Shown piece after piece: positions 8,586 through 16,920 of a stretch of 64,000 nt of DNA (within the stretch, counting starts at the first letter, position 1; the number at the start of each line of letters is the position of its first letter). The notes beneath the pieces are model-generated. The model ran no database searches and was not told the origin of the DNA. It saw only the letters and a program-made list of their open reading frames with translations. The position numbers were made by a program, and so were the translations under genes. Origin of the DNA: an uncultured Actinomycetes bacterium (GTDB lineage: Bacteria > Actinomycetota > UBA4738 > HRBIN12); the NCBI GenBank assembly GCA_963704725.1, contig OY969934.1, forward strand, positions 2,272,001-2,336,000, given 5' to 3'.

Positions 8586-9703
8586 CCCGACGAGATCGCC
8601 GCCCGGTCGCGTCCTTCGTCGACCGGCTCTCGCCAGCCGGACCGGGCGCGCCACACCACGTAGGTGAACCCGCCGAGTGGGATCTGCACCCCGTAGGTGA
8701 GGACCCGGAACAGCAGGACGGCGGCGACCACCTGGGCTTCGTTCCCCCCCGCGGCGACCAGCCCGCCGATGTAGCCGAGCTCGATCACGCCGAGCCCGCC
8801 GGGGGTGATCGGGAGCGCCGTGAGGAGGCGGCCGAACGAGAAGACCGCCAGGACCTCGAGGGTCCCGACCTCCCGCTCCGAGATCCCCACGTGCCGCAGG
8901 GCCAGCAGCAGCACGAACCACAGCGCGAGGTGGGACAGGACCGTCGTCAGCGTGAGCGGCAGCCACCGACGCCCCACGAGCGCGATCGTGCGGTGACGGA
9001 ACTCCACCGCCTGGTCGCCCCAGGTGGTGATGGCCGGCTTGTGCAGGGGGCGGCGCACCGCCGAGACGATCCGGCCGAGCCGGGCCCCGATGCGGCGCGC
9101 GAACTCCCGCTTCCACAGGGCGAGGGCGAACAGCACGACCGCGATCGCCAGGACGGCCAGGCCGATCAGCGCGGCCGCCAGCAGCGCCGCGCTCGCCCGG
9201 CCCGTGATCGCGAGGAGCGCCAGGGCCACTATCGGCAACCCGAGCTTGAGGAAGACGTTCCAGACGCCCGTGACGCCCACGTAGAGCGCCACCTCGTGAC
9301 CGTCGAACCCCCACGAGCGCAGGATCGAGTAGGTCAGCCCGACCGCCACCGCGCCCCCGGCGGGGATCGTGTTCGCGACCGAGGTCGTCGTCTGGGTCAG
9401 GACAGCGGCCCTGCCCAGCGTCAGACCGGGCAGGGCCGACATGTTCGCCAACCAGTAGGTCACGAGGTTGAAGACCGTCGCGGCCAGGATCGTCGAGAGC
9501 TCGATCGGCGTGAGATTCGCGATCGTCGCCCACACCTCGGAGTAGTCGGCGATCCGGGGGATGGCGTAGACGAAGATCGCGACGACGATCACGAGCGAGA
9601 CGACGCCCTGCAGGATCCGCTTCGCCGGCAGCCGTCTCGCCGCCCGCGGGCGTGCCTCGGTCCCGGTCTGCGCCCCGGCTTCGATGGCTCCCCGCTCCGT
9701 CAT
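8582..9703 (-). CDS. LPG_synthase_TM (UPF0104/YbhN, flippase-like) integral membrane protein
   Basis: Start refined to ATG 9703 (ATGA overlap with truB); many TMs; ANTIPAGG, LPITPGGLGVIE, AAVLLFRVLTY motifs. Confidence 0.85.
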   Translation of the reverse strand: MTERGAIEAGAQTGTEARPRAARRLPAKRILQGVVSLVIVVAIFVYAIPRIADYSEVWATIANLTPIELSTILAATVFNLVTYWLANMSALPGLTLGRAAVLTQTTTSVANTIPAGGAVAVGLTYSILRSWGFDGHEVALYVGVTGVWNVFLKLGLPIVALALLAITGRASAALLAAALIGLAVLAIAVVLFALALWKREFARRIGARLGRIVSAVRRPLHKPAITTWGDQAVEFRHRTIALVGRRWLPLTLTTVLSHLALWFVLLLALRHVGISEREVGTLEVLAVFSFGRLLTALPITPGGLGVIELGYIGGLVAAGGNEAQVVAAVLLFRVLTYGVQIPLGGFTYVVWRARSGWREPVDEGRDRAAISSG

Positions 9704-10548
9704 CCGGGGAGTATGACCTCCGGATGGGCCTTCGCCCCGTCGTCGCGGTAGATCCCGATCAGGTGGCCGTCGGGGCCGAGCACCGCGTAGGGCCCAGCGA
9801 TGCCGGCGGGCCCCAGGATGCTCCCGTGTGAGGCAACCCGAGCCTCCTCGGGCGGCAGGTCCACCCGGGGGAGGTGCGCGACCGCCGCCTCCAGCGGGGC
9901 GGGGACCAGCTCGCCGGAGGGCGCGACGGCGTCCTCGACCAGGTAGGGGCCGATCCTCGTGCGGCGCAGACGAGCCAGGTGCGCGCCGCATCCGAGCGCC
10001 GTACCGATGTCGGCGATCAGGACGCGGACGTACGTCCCCCCCGAGCACGTGACCGAGAACTCGACGTCGTCCCCATCGACCGCCACGACCGCGAACGCGT
10101 CGACGTGGACGGGACGGGCCGGCGCCTCGAGCGGGTGGCCGGCGCGAGCCGCCTCGTACAGCTTGCGGCCGCCGACCTTGACCGCCGAGTAGGCGGGAGG
10201 CCGCTGCAGCGAGTCGCCGACGAGCGCGGCGAACGCCGCGTCGAGCTCGGGAGGCTCGACCGAGACCGGCGACGATCGGACCACCGAACCCTCGGCGTCG
10301 AGCGTGTCCGTTTCGACGCCCAACCGGGCCGTCCCCTCGTACGTCTTGGGCAGCTCACCGAAGAAGCGGAGCAGCCGGGTGGCGCGCCCCACGCCGACCA
10401 GCAGCAGCCCGGTGGCCATCGGGTCGAGCGTCCCGGCGTGGCCCACCTTGCGCGTGTGGAGCGCGCGGCGCACGACGTCCACGACGTCGTGGGACGTCAC
10501 GCCCCCCGGCTTGTCGACGAGCAGGAGCCCGTCCGGTCCGGTCGGCAT
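9700..10548 (-). CDS. truB: tRNA pseudouridine(55) synthase
   Basis: DKPGGVTSHD, KVGHAGTLDPMATG, PPAYSAVKV, CSGGTYVR. Confidence 0.98.
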   Translation of the reverse strand: MPTGPDGLLLVDKPGGVTSHDVVDVVRRALHTRKVGHAGTLDPMATGLLLVGVGRATRLLRFFGELPKTYEGTARLGVETDTLDAEGSVVRSSPVSVEPPELDAAFAALVGDSLQRPPAYSAVKVGGRKLYEAARAGHPLEAPARPVHVDAFAVVAVDGDDVEFSVTCSGGTYVRVLIADIGTALGCGAHLARLRRTRIGPYLVEDAVAPSGELVPAPLEAAVAHLPRVDLPPEEARVASHGSILGPAGIAGPYAVLGPDGHLIGIYRDDGAKAHPEVILPG

Positions 10549-10558
10549 GACGCCGACG

Positions 10559-11554
10559 CTACCGCGCCGAGCGGTCGGGGCGGGCGCCGTCGCCGCGGAG
10601 CGCGGTCTTCAGACGCTCGACCGTCTCGGTCAGGCCGTGCGCCGACGTGTAGCCGGCGGCGAGGCGGTGGCCGCCCCCACCGAACGACGCCGAGACCGCG
10701 GCCACGTCGTGGTGCCCCTTCGAACGCAGGCTGACCTTGAACCGGCCGTCCCGCTGCTGCTTGACGACCGCGGTGACGTCGGCCTCGCGCGCGGTGCGCA
10801 CCACGTCGATCAGGTCGTCGGTCTCGCTCGGGTGGACGCCCGCCGTGGCCAGGTCGGCCTGCGTGAGGTAGCTCCATACGAGGTCGGCGTCGGGCTCGAG
10901 CTCGATGCGCTCCAGCGCCACGCCGAGCAGCCGCAGGTACGCGAGCGCGTTGTCCTCGTAGAGCGCCTGGACGAGCCGCGTGTGCTCGAACGGGTACTCC
11001 CGCAGCTCGGCGCCCAGGCGCAGGGTGTCGGGCGTGACGGCCTGGTACTGGAACCGGCCGGTGTCCGTCACGACCCCGGCATACAGGCAGATCGCGCTCT
11101 CGAGCGGGATCTCCCCGCCCAGCTCCCTCAGCAGCCGCCACACCATCTCCGCCGTCGAGCTCGCCTTGGGATCGATCAGCGGGATCGTGCCCAGGCCCTC
11201 GTTGCTCACGTGATGGTCGATCCAGATGAGCGTCTTGGAGCGAACGGCCGCCGGTGCGAGCATGCCGAGCCGGTCCATCGACGCGACGTCGCACGTCACC
11301 ATGACGGCCGGCTCCTTGGGGAACTCCCGCGGAGGGACCAGGGTCTCGTGGCCCGGCAGCATGACGGCCCAGCGCGGCGGGTCGAACGGCTCGTTGGGGA
11401 ACGAGCAGATCGTCTCCTTCCCCCGCCCGCGGAGGTAGTTCGACAGCCCGAGCATCGAGCCGATCGCGTCCGCGTCCGGGTTCACGTGGCAGGCGATCGC
11501 GATCGTCGTGGCCTCCTCGAGCGCGATCGCCGCGCGCTGCAGCGGCCCGTTCAC
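10559..11554 (-). CDS. nrnA: DHH/DHHA1 bifunctional oligoribonuclease / pAp phosphatase
   Basis: HVNPDADAIGS, IDHH, TDTG, SLRS, GGGGH; located between rbfA and truB. Confidence 0.92.
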   Translation of the reverse strand: MNGPLQRAAIALEEATTIAIACHVNPDADAIGSMLGLSNYLRGRGKETICSFPNEPFDPPRWAVMLPGHETLVPPREFPKEPAVMVTCDVASMDRLGMLAPAAVRSKTLIWIDHHVSNEGLGTIPLIDPKASSTAEMVWRLLRELGGEIPLESAICLYAGVVTDTGRFQYQAVTPDTLRLGAELREYPFEHTRLVQALYEDNALAYLRLLGVALERIELEPDADLVWSYLTQADLATAGVHPSETDDLIDVVRTAREADVTAVVKQQRDGRFKVSLRSKGHHDVAAVSASFGGGGHRLAAGYTSAHGLTETVERLKTALRGDGARPDRSAR

Positions 11555-11901
11555 CGCTCGTCCTCGTGGATCTTCTCGATGAGCGATTCGATGCGGTCCA
11601 CGGTCTGCAGCGTCTCGTCCTCCTCGAACTCCAGCTCCGGCAGCACCTTCATCCGCACCTGGCGGCCGACCACGTTCCGCAGGTGGCCGCGCGCCGAGCC
11701 CAGGGCGGCTCGCGTGGCACGCCTGGCCTTCTCGTCTCCGAGCGACGTGTAGAGGACCCTGGCCCGGCGCAGGTCCGGCGTCACCCGCACGCCGATCACC
11801 GTGACGAACCCCACGCGGGGATCCTTCAGCTTGGGGATCTCCTCCGCCAGGATCTCCCGGAACTCCTCCGACACCCGGCTCGGACGGCCTCCCTCGGTCA
11901 T
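11551..11901 (-). CDS. rbfA: Ribosome-binding factor A
   Basis: LKDPRVGFVTV...VTPDLRRARV...PELEF. Confidence 0.96.
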   Translation of the reverse strand: MTEGGRPSRVSEEFREILAEEIPKLKDPRVGFVTVIGVRVTPDLRRARVLYTSLGDEKARRATRAALGSARGHLRNVVGRQVRMKVLPELEFEEDETLQTVDRIESLIEKIHEDER

Positions 11902-11905
11902 CTGT

Positions 11906-12199
11906 TCACTCGTCCGGGTAGTGCAGCGTGAGCTCGGCGTCGATGAGCTCGACCTCGGCCCAGCGGTCGACGAGCTTCTCGACCTCGTGTAGGACCCGCT
12001 TGGCGTGGTAGCTCTCCCCCGCGGCCACGGCCACGGCGAGCGCGGTCCGCTGCCACAGGTCGTGGTGGTCGACCTCGGCCACGGAGACGTTGAACTTCGA
12101 CCGGATGGCGTTCGTGAGCGTCTTCACGACGTGGCGCTTCTCCTTGAGCGAGCCGCAGGCGGGGATCCGCAGGTCGAACCGTTCGAGGGCGACGAGCAT
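11906..12199 (-). CDS. DUF503 (YlxP) family protein
   Basis: SLKEKR...KFNVSVAEVDHHDLWQR; between infB and rbfA. Confidence 0.92.
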   Translation of the reverse strand: MLVALERFDLRIPACGSLKEKRHVVKTLTNAIRSKFNVSVAEVDHHDLWQRTALAVAVAAGESYHAKRVLHEVEKLVDRWAEVELIDAELTLHYPDE

Positions 12200-12217
12200 C
12201 GCGTGCGCCTCCGGCGG

Positions 12218-14365
12218 CTAGAGCTCTCGGGCGACCTCGCTGACCTCGTAGGCCTCGATCAGGTCGCCCTCGTGGACGTCGTTGAAGTTCTCGATCCCGA
12301 TGCCGCACTCGTACCCCTCGGCGACCTCCCGCACGTCGTCCTTGAACCGGCGCAGCGATCCGATCCGGCTGTCGTAGACCACGACGCCGTCGCGGACCAC
12401 CCGGGCCCGGGCGTTGCGCACGATCGTGCCCCGCGTGACGTAGCTCCCCGCGACGACGCCGATCCTCGGCACCCGGAACAGCGCCCGCACCTCGGCCGCC
12501 CCCAGCTCGGTCTCCCGTTCCTCCGGCGTCAGCAGCCCGGACAGGGCGCCGCGGATGTCGTCGATCGCGTCGTAGATCACCCGGTACAGACGGACGTCGA
12601 CGCCCTCCTTCTCGGCGAGCTCGCGGGCCTGCACGTCGGGCCGGACGTTGAACCCCACGACGATCGCGTGCGAGGTGAGCGCGAGGTTGATGTCGCTCTC
12701 GGTGATGGCGCCGGCGGCGCTGCGGAGCACGTTCACGCGGACCTCGTCCTGCGGCAGCTTGGCGAACGCGTCCACCAGCGCGCCGATCGAGCCCTGCACG
12801 TCCGCCTTCACGATGAGGTTGAGCTCGGGCACCTCGTCGCGCCGGGCCTGGGCCATGAGCTCCTGCAGCGTGGGCGGCCGCGCCGTGACGAGCTCGGCCG
12901 CGCGGATCTTGGCCTCGCGCTCCTGGACGATGTGGCGCGCCGCGCGATCGTCGTCCACCTCGCGGACCTCGTCGCCGGCGGCGGGCGTCGCCGACCAACC
13001 CAGGATCTGCACCGGCTTGCTCGGCCCCGCCTGCTTCACCTGGAGGCCGTTCTCGTCGAGCATGGCGCGGATCTTGGCCCAGGCCACACCGGAGACGAGC
13101 GTGTCCCCCACGTCGAGCGTGCCGCGCTGCACGAGCACGGACGCAACCGGGCCGCGACCCTTGTCGAGGTGCGCCTCCAGCACGGTCCCCCGGGCGCGCC
13201 CCTCGGGGTCGCCCTTCAGCTCCTCGAGGTCGGCCACGAGCAGGATCGTCTCGAGCAGGCTCTCCAGGTTGGTGCGCGCCTTCGCCGACACGTCGACGAA
13301 CTCGTACGTCCCACCCCACTCGGACGGGACCACGCCCTGCTCGACGAGCTGCTGCCGCACCCGGGTTGCATCTGCCTCCGGCTTGTCGATCTTGTTGACG
13401 GCCACGATGATCGGGACGCCGGCCGCCTTGACGTGGTCGAGCGCCTCGATCGTCTGCGGCTTCACCCCGTCGTCCGCCGCGACCACCAGGACCGCGATGT
13501 CGGTGACCAGGGCGCCGCGCGCCCGCATCGCCGTGAACGCCTCGTGACCCGGGGTGTCGATGAACGTGACCTCGCGCCCGTCCACGTGCACCTGATAGGC
13601 ACCGATGTGCTGCGTGATACCGCCGAACTCCCCACCGGCGACGTCGGTCTTGCGGATCGCGTCCAGGAGCAGCGTCTTGCCGTGGTCGACGTGCCCCATG
13701 ATCGTGACGACCGGGGCGCGCGGGACCAGCCGGCTCTCGTCGACCGGCTCCTCCTCGCCCTGCTCTTCCTCCTCGACGCCGACGATCTCCGCCTCGAACC
13801 CGAGCTCCGCCGCCACCAGCGAGATGGCGACGTCGGACAGCGACTGCGAGGCCGTGGCCATCTCGCCCAGCCCGATCAGCGTCTTCACGACATCGGCGAC
13901 GGAGCGTTCCGACTTGTCCGCGATCTCCTGCGGCGTCGCGCCGTGCACCACCTTGAGCACAGGTCGGCCGGAGGTAGGTACGGGCGCGGCTTCGGCCGTT
14001 GCCGGCTGGACCGAGGTCGCCGGGGTGGCGGCCGGGGCCGGAGCTCCGGCCTCCACACCGCCGCCGGCCTCGGCGGGGGTGGTCGCTCCAGCCGGGGCGG
14101 GTCGTGCGGGCGGCGCAGAGTCGGACTCCGCTGCGACCCCGACCGCCTTCGGCTTCTTCGGGCGCGGCTTCGGGAGGGGCTCCTCGACGGCCTCCTTCAT
14201 CTTCGCTTCGGGCACGGCTTTGCCGCCCGAAGCTCGAAGTCGGGGGACGGCCTGGTCGGGGACGGAGGAGGACGCCGTCAATCCGTCGACGCCCATCTCC
14301 TTCAGCGCCGCGACGAGCTCCTTGCTCGCGACGCCGAGCTCCTTGGCCAGCTCGTGAACCCTCAA
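12218..14365 (-). CDS. infB: Translation initiation factor IF-2
   Basis: RVHELAKELG, MGHVDHGKT, GGITQHIGAY, DTPGHEAF, NKID; TTG start with SD GGAGG. Confidence 0.99.
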   Translation of the reverse strand: MRVHELAKELGVASKELVAALKEMGVDGLTASSSVPDQAVPRLRASGGKAVPEAKMKEAVEEPLPKPRPKKPKAVGVAAESDSAPPARPAPAGATTPAEAGGGVEAGAPAPAATPATSVQPATAEAAPVPTSGRPVLKVVHGATPQEIADKSERSVADVVKTLIGLGEMATASQSLSDVAISLVAAELGFEAEIVGVEEEEQGEEEPVDESRLVPRAPVVTIMGHVDHGKTLLLDAIRKTDVAGGEFGGITQHIGAYQVHVDGREVTFIDTPGHEAFTAMRARGALVTDIAVLVVAADDGVKPQTIEALDHVKAAGVPIIVAVNKIDKPEADATRVRQQLVEQGVVPSEWGGTYEFVDVSAKARTNLESLLETILLVADLEELKGDPEGRARGTVLEAHLDKGRGPVASVLVQRGTLDVGDTLVSGVAWAKIRAMLDENGLQVKQAGPSKPVQILGWSATPAAGDEVREVDDDRAARHIVQEREAKIRAAELVTARPPTLQELMAQARRDEVPELNLIVKADVQGSIGALVDAFAKLPQDEVRVNVLRSAAGAITESDINLALTSHAIVVGFNVRPDVQARELAEKEGVDVRLYRVIYDAIDDIRGALSGLLTPEERETELGAAEVRALFRVPRIGVVAGSYVTRGTIVRNARARVVRDGVVVYDSRIGSLRRFKDDVREVAEGYECGIGIENFNDVHEGDLIEAYEVSEVAREL

Positions 14366-14637
14366 ATCCTGGATGCCTCCTCGATGTCCCGCCTAAGCCT
14401 AGCCGCTCCGTCCTGGTCCGCCCCGGTCTTGAGCGCTCGCCACAGCGCGCCGCGCCTGAGTGCCGCATCCACGCATGCCGGGTCGCGATGCACGTACGCC
14501 CCGCGACCGGGCTCGCGTCCCGCTCGGTCGACCGCCACCGATCCGTCCGGCCGACGCGCGACCCGCAACAGATCGCGCTTCGACCCCGTGCTCCGGCATC
14601 CCACGCACGTCCGCTCCGGCTCGCGCGAGGCCGCCAT
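14362..14637 (-). CDS. ylxR: YlxR/RnpM (DUF448) RNA-binding protein
   Basis: PERTCVGCR...GRGAYVH; between nusA and infB. Confidence 0.92.
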   Translation of the reverse strand: MAASREPERTCVGCRSTGSKRDLLRVARRPDGSVAVDRAGREPGRGAYVHRDPACVDAALRRGALWRALKTGADQDGAARLRRDIEEASRI

Positions 14638-14640
14638 CGA

Positions 14641-15954
14641 TCAGGCCTCCGCAGGCTCCTCGGTCGGCGCCGCGGGCTCCTCCGTCGGCTCGGTGACCTC
14701 AGCCTCTTCAGCAGCGTCACCGGCGACCGGCGCAGTCACGTCGACCACGTCGCCCGAGGCCGGTGGGGTCGGGGCGGAGTCCGACTCTCCGCCGCCGGCA
14801 GAACCCTCACCCGCAGAAGCGGCCTCGCCCGCCGAGGCCGGCGGCGGTGCGGAGGACGGAGCCCCGACCCCACCGGCCGCCCCCGCCGAAGCCACCGCTC
14901 GAGCCCCGCGCTGCTCGTCGGCGAACTGCGTCTCGCTCTTGATGTCGATCCGCCACCCGGTCAGCCGGGCCGCGAGCCGTGCGTTCTGGCCCTCCTTGCC
15001 GATCGCCAGCGAGAGCTGGTAGTCGGGCACGATCACCAGCGCCGTCGCCGTGCCCGGATCCACGCGCGCCTCCTTGACCTTGGCCGGCTGGAGCGCGTTG
15101 GCGACCAGGGCCGAGGCATCCGCGCTCCACGGGACGACGTCGATCTTCTCCCCGCGGAGCTCGGTGACGACGTTGCGGACGCGCGATCCCTTCGGGCCGA
15201 CGCACGCGCCGACCGGGTCGACCGCCGGCTCGTTGGAGGCGACGGCGATCTTGGACCGGTGGCCCGGCTCGCGCGCGACCGCCTTGATCTCGACGATGCC
15301 CTCCACGATCTCGGGCACCTCCAGCTCGAACAGCTTCTTCAGCAACCCGGGGTGGGTTCGCGACACGACGATCTGCGGACCCTTCGTACCCTTGCGGACC
15401 TCGGTGATGTACGCCTTGAGGCGTTCGCCGTTGCGGTAGGGCTCCGAGGGAACCTGCTCGGCCTGCGGCAGGAGCGCCTCGACCTTGCCGAGGTCGAGCA
15501 ACGTGTACCGGCGCTCGGACTGCTGGACGATGCCCGTGACGACGTCGCCCTCACGGCCCGCGAACTCCTCGTAGGTCATCTCGCGCTCTGCGTCGCGGAG
15601 CTTCTGGAAGATCACCTGCTTCGCCGTCTGGGCTCCGATGCGACCCTTGAACTCGTCGGTGACCTCCACCTCCTCCTCGGACAGGAGATTGTGCTCAGTA
15701 GTGATCTCGCCGGACTCCTCGTCTTCGTGCTCGATCTCCTCGAGCTGCTGCAGCCACACCCGGAGGTCCCCGGACTCGGGATCGATCTTGGCGCGAACGC
15801 CGAACGTGGACTCGTCGAGCTCAGGATGCTGCTGCTTCCACCACGACTTGTAGGCGGACGCCATCGCCTCCTCGAGTCCCGCAAGGATCGTCTCGAAGGC
15901 GATGCCCTTCTCCCGCTCCAGCTCGCGGAGCGCCGCGATCATCTCCTGGTTCAT
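14641..15954 (-). CDS. nusA: Transcription termination/antitermination factor NusA
   Basis: GRIGAQTAKQVI, VSRTHP, AREPGHRSKIAV, GACVG, LSLAIGKEGQNARLAARLTGWRIDI. Confidence 0.99.
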   Translation of the reverse strand: MNQEMIAALRELEREKGIAFETILAGLEEAMASAYKSWWKQQHPELDESTFGVRAKIDPESGDLRVWLQQLEEIEHEDEESGEITTEHNLLSEEEVEVTDEFKGRIGAQTAKQVIFQKLRDAEREMTYEEFAGREGDVVTGIVQQSERRYTLLDLGKVEALLPQAEQVPSEPYRNGERLKAYITEVRKGTKGPQIVVSRTHPGLLKKLFELEVPEIVEGIVEIKAVAREPGHRSKIAVASNEPAVDPVGACVGPKGSRVRNVVTELRGEKIDVVPWSADASALVANALQPAKVKEARVDPGTATALVIVPDYQLSLAIGKEGQNARLAARLTGWRIDIKSETQFADEQRGARAVASAGAAGGVGAPSSAPPPASAGEAASAGEGSAGGGESDSAPTPPASGDVVDVTAPVAGDAAEEAEVTEPTEEPAAPTEEPAEA

Positions 15955-15955
15955 C

Positions 15956-16456
15956 TCAACTCCTCGCCACGTTCCCCGCTCCCGGGGCCGGACCGCTTCC
16001 CCTGCCCCAGTCGAACACGGTGCGCGCGGACGCCACGTCCGCGTAGGGGACGCGCAGCTCTCCGCCCTCGGAAGCGATCACGATCGCCTCCGCGTCGGCC
16101 GAGACCAGCGCGCCCTCGTGCACCCGGCGGCCACCGACCGGCTCCGCCGTCTTCACCTTCACCTGCTGCCCGACGCTCCGCTCGAAGTGCCGCGGCTCGC
16201 GAAGCGTCCGCTCCAGGCCCGGCGAGCTCACCTCGAGCGAGTACGGTCGGTCCCCGGAGAAGCCCTCCAGGTCCAGGCGCCGGGAGAGCCGCTCGGACGT
16301 CTGGGAGATCGTCTCCAGATCCACCCCGCCGTCCCGATCCACGGTGACCCGGAGGATCATCCGGCCGCTCTCCTTGCGGAAGGAGACGTCCCACAGCTCG
16401 AGACCGGATGCCTCGACGACCGGCCCCACCAGATCCTCGACGCGTGCGCCCATCAC
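15956..16456 (-). CDS. rimP: Ribosome maturation factor RimP
   Basis: YSLEVSSPGLERTL; first gene of the nusA-infB operon. Confidence 0.96.
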   Translation of the reverse strand: MMGARVEDLVGPVVEASGLELWDVSFRKESGRMILRVTVDRDGGVDLETISQTSERLSRRLDLEGFSGDRPYSLEVSSPGLERTLREPRHFERSVGQQVKVKTAEPVGGRRVHEGALVSADAEAIVIASEGGELRVPYADVASARTVFDWGRGSGPAPGAGNVARS

Positions 16457-16482
16457 CGGCGCCCTCCCGAAGCGCCCTGTCG

Positions 16483-16510
16483 AAAAAGAAAGTGGGCGCG
16501 AAGCCCACTC
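16483..16510 (-). terminator. rimP leader intrinsic terminator / attenuator
   Basis: GAGTGGGC-TTCGC-GCCCACT followed by TTCTTTTT, between the -10 TATACT and rimP. Confidence 0.85.
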
Positions 16511-16540
16511 ACGGGTGACACCTGCTCCCTCGACCGACCG

Positions 16541-16546
16541 AGTATA
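16541..16546 (-). promoter_or_regulatory. Housekeeping sigma -10 element of the rimP operon
   Basis: TATACT, 5/6 match to TATAAT, about 85 nt upstream of rimP. Confidence 0.75.
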
Positions 16547-16592
16547 GCCGACCGGCTCGAAGACGAACCCGAATCCGCAGGTCAGCGGCCTG

Positions 16593-16874
16593 CTAGAGGG
16601 CGCGGCGTTGCCCGCCCGGGCGGTTCCAGTGATCCCTGGCGTTCATCCGCCGGACGATCCTGGGGTCGCCCCAGCCCCGGTGCATCCGCAGCCCGAGCTC
16701 GGCGCAGACGGCCTCGGCCTCTTCCTCGCCGCCGAGCTCGTCCCGGACCCAGTTGCCCTCCACGTCCACCAGGAGCAGATCCCAGGTTCCCCGGCCCACG
16801 CGCTGCAGGACGGCCTCCACCTCACGGTGGAGCTTGGCGAAGTCACGGAGCGCGTTCGGGGCTCGCTTCGGCAC
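16593..16874 (-). CDS. Small hypothetical protein (93 aa)
   Basis: Fills the proS-rimP gap; natural-looking composition; -10 TACGCT 7 nt before the GTG (leaderless). Confidence 0.7.
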   Translation of the reverse strand: MPKRAPNALRDFAKLHREVEAVLQRVGRGTWDLLLVDVEGNWVRDELGGEEEAEAVCAELGLRMHRGWGDPRIVRRMNARDHWNRPGGQRRAL

Positions 16875-16920
16875 GACGCGGAGCGTAGCGCCCCGCGGGG
16901 CGGCCAGGGATCGCCCGCCG

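Noticed and set aside
16593-16874. Small ORF as a possible RsiG anti-sigma for WhiG
   Set aside because: Lacks the ExxxSxxRxxxQxxxD c-di-GMP motif and coiled-coil character.
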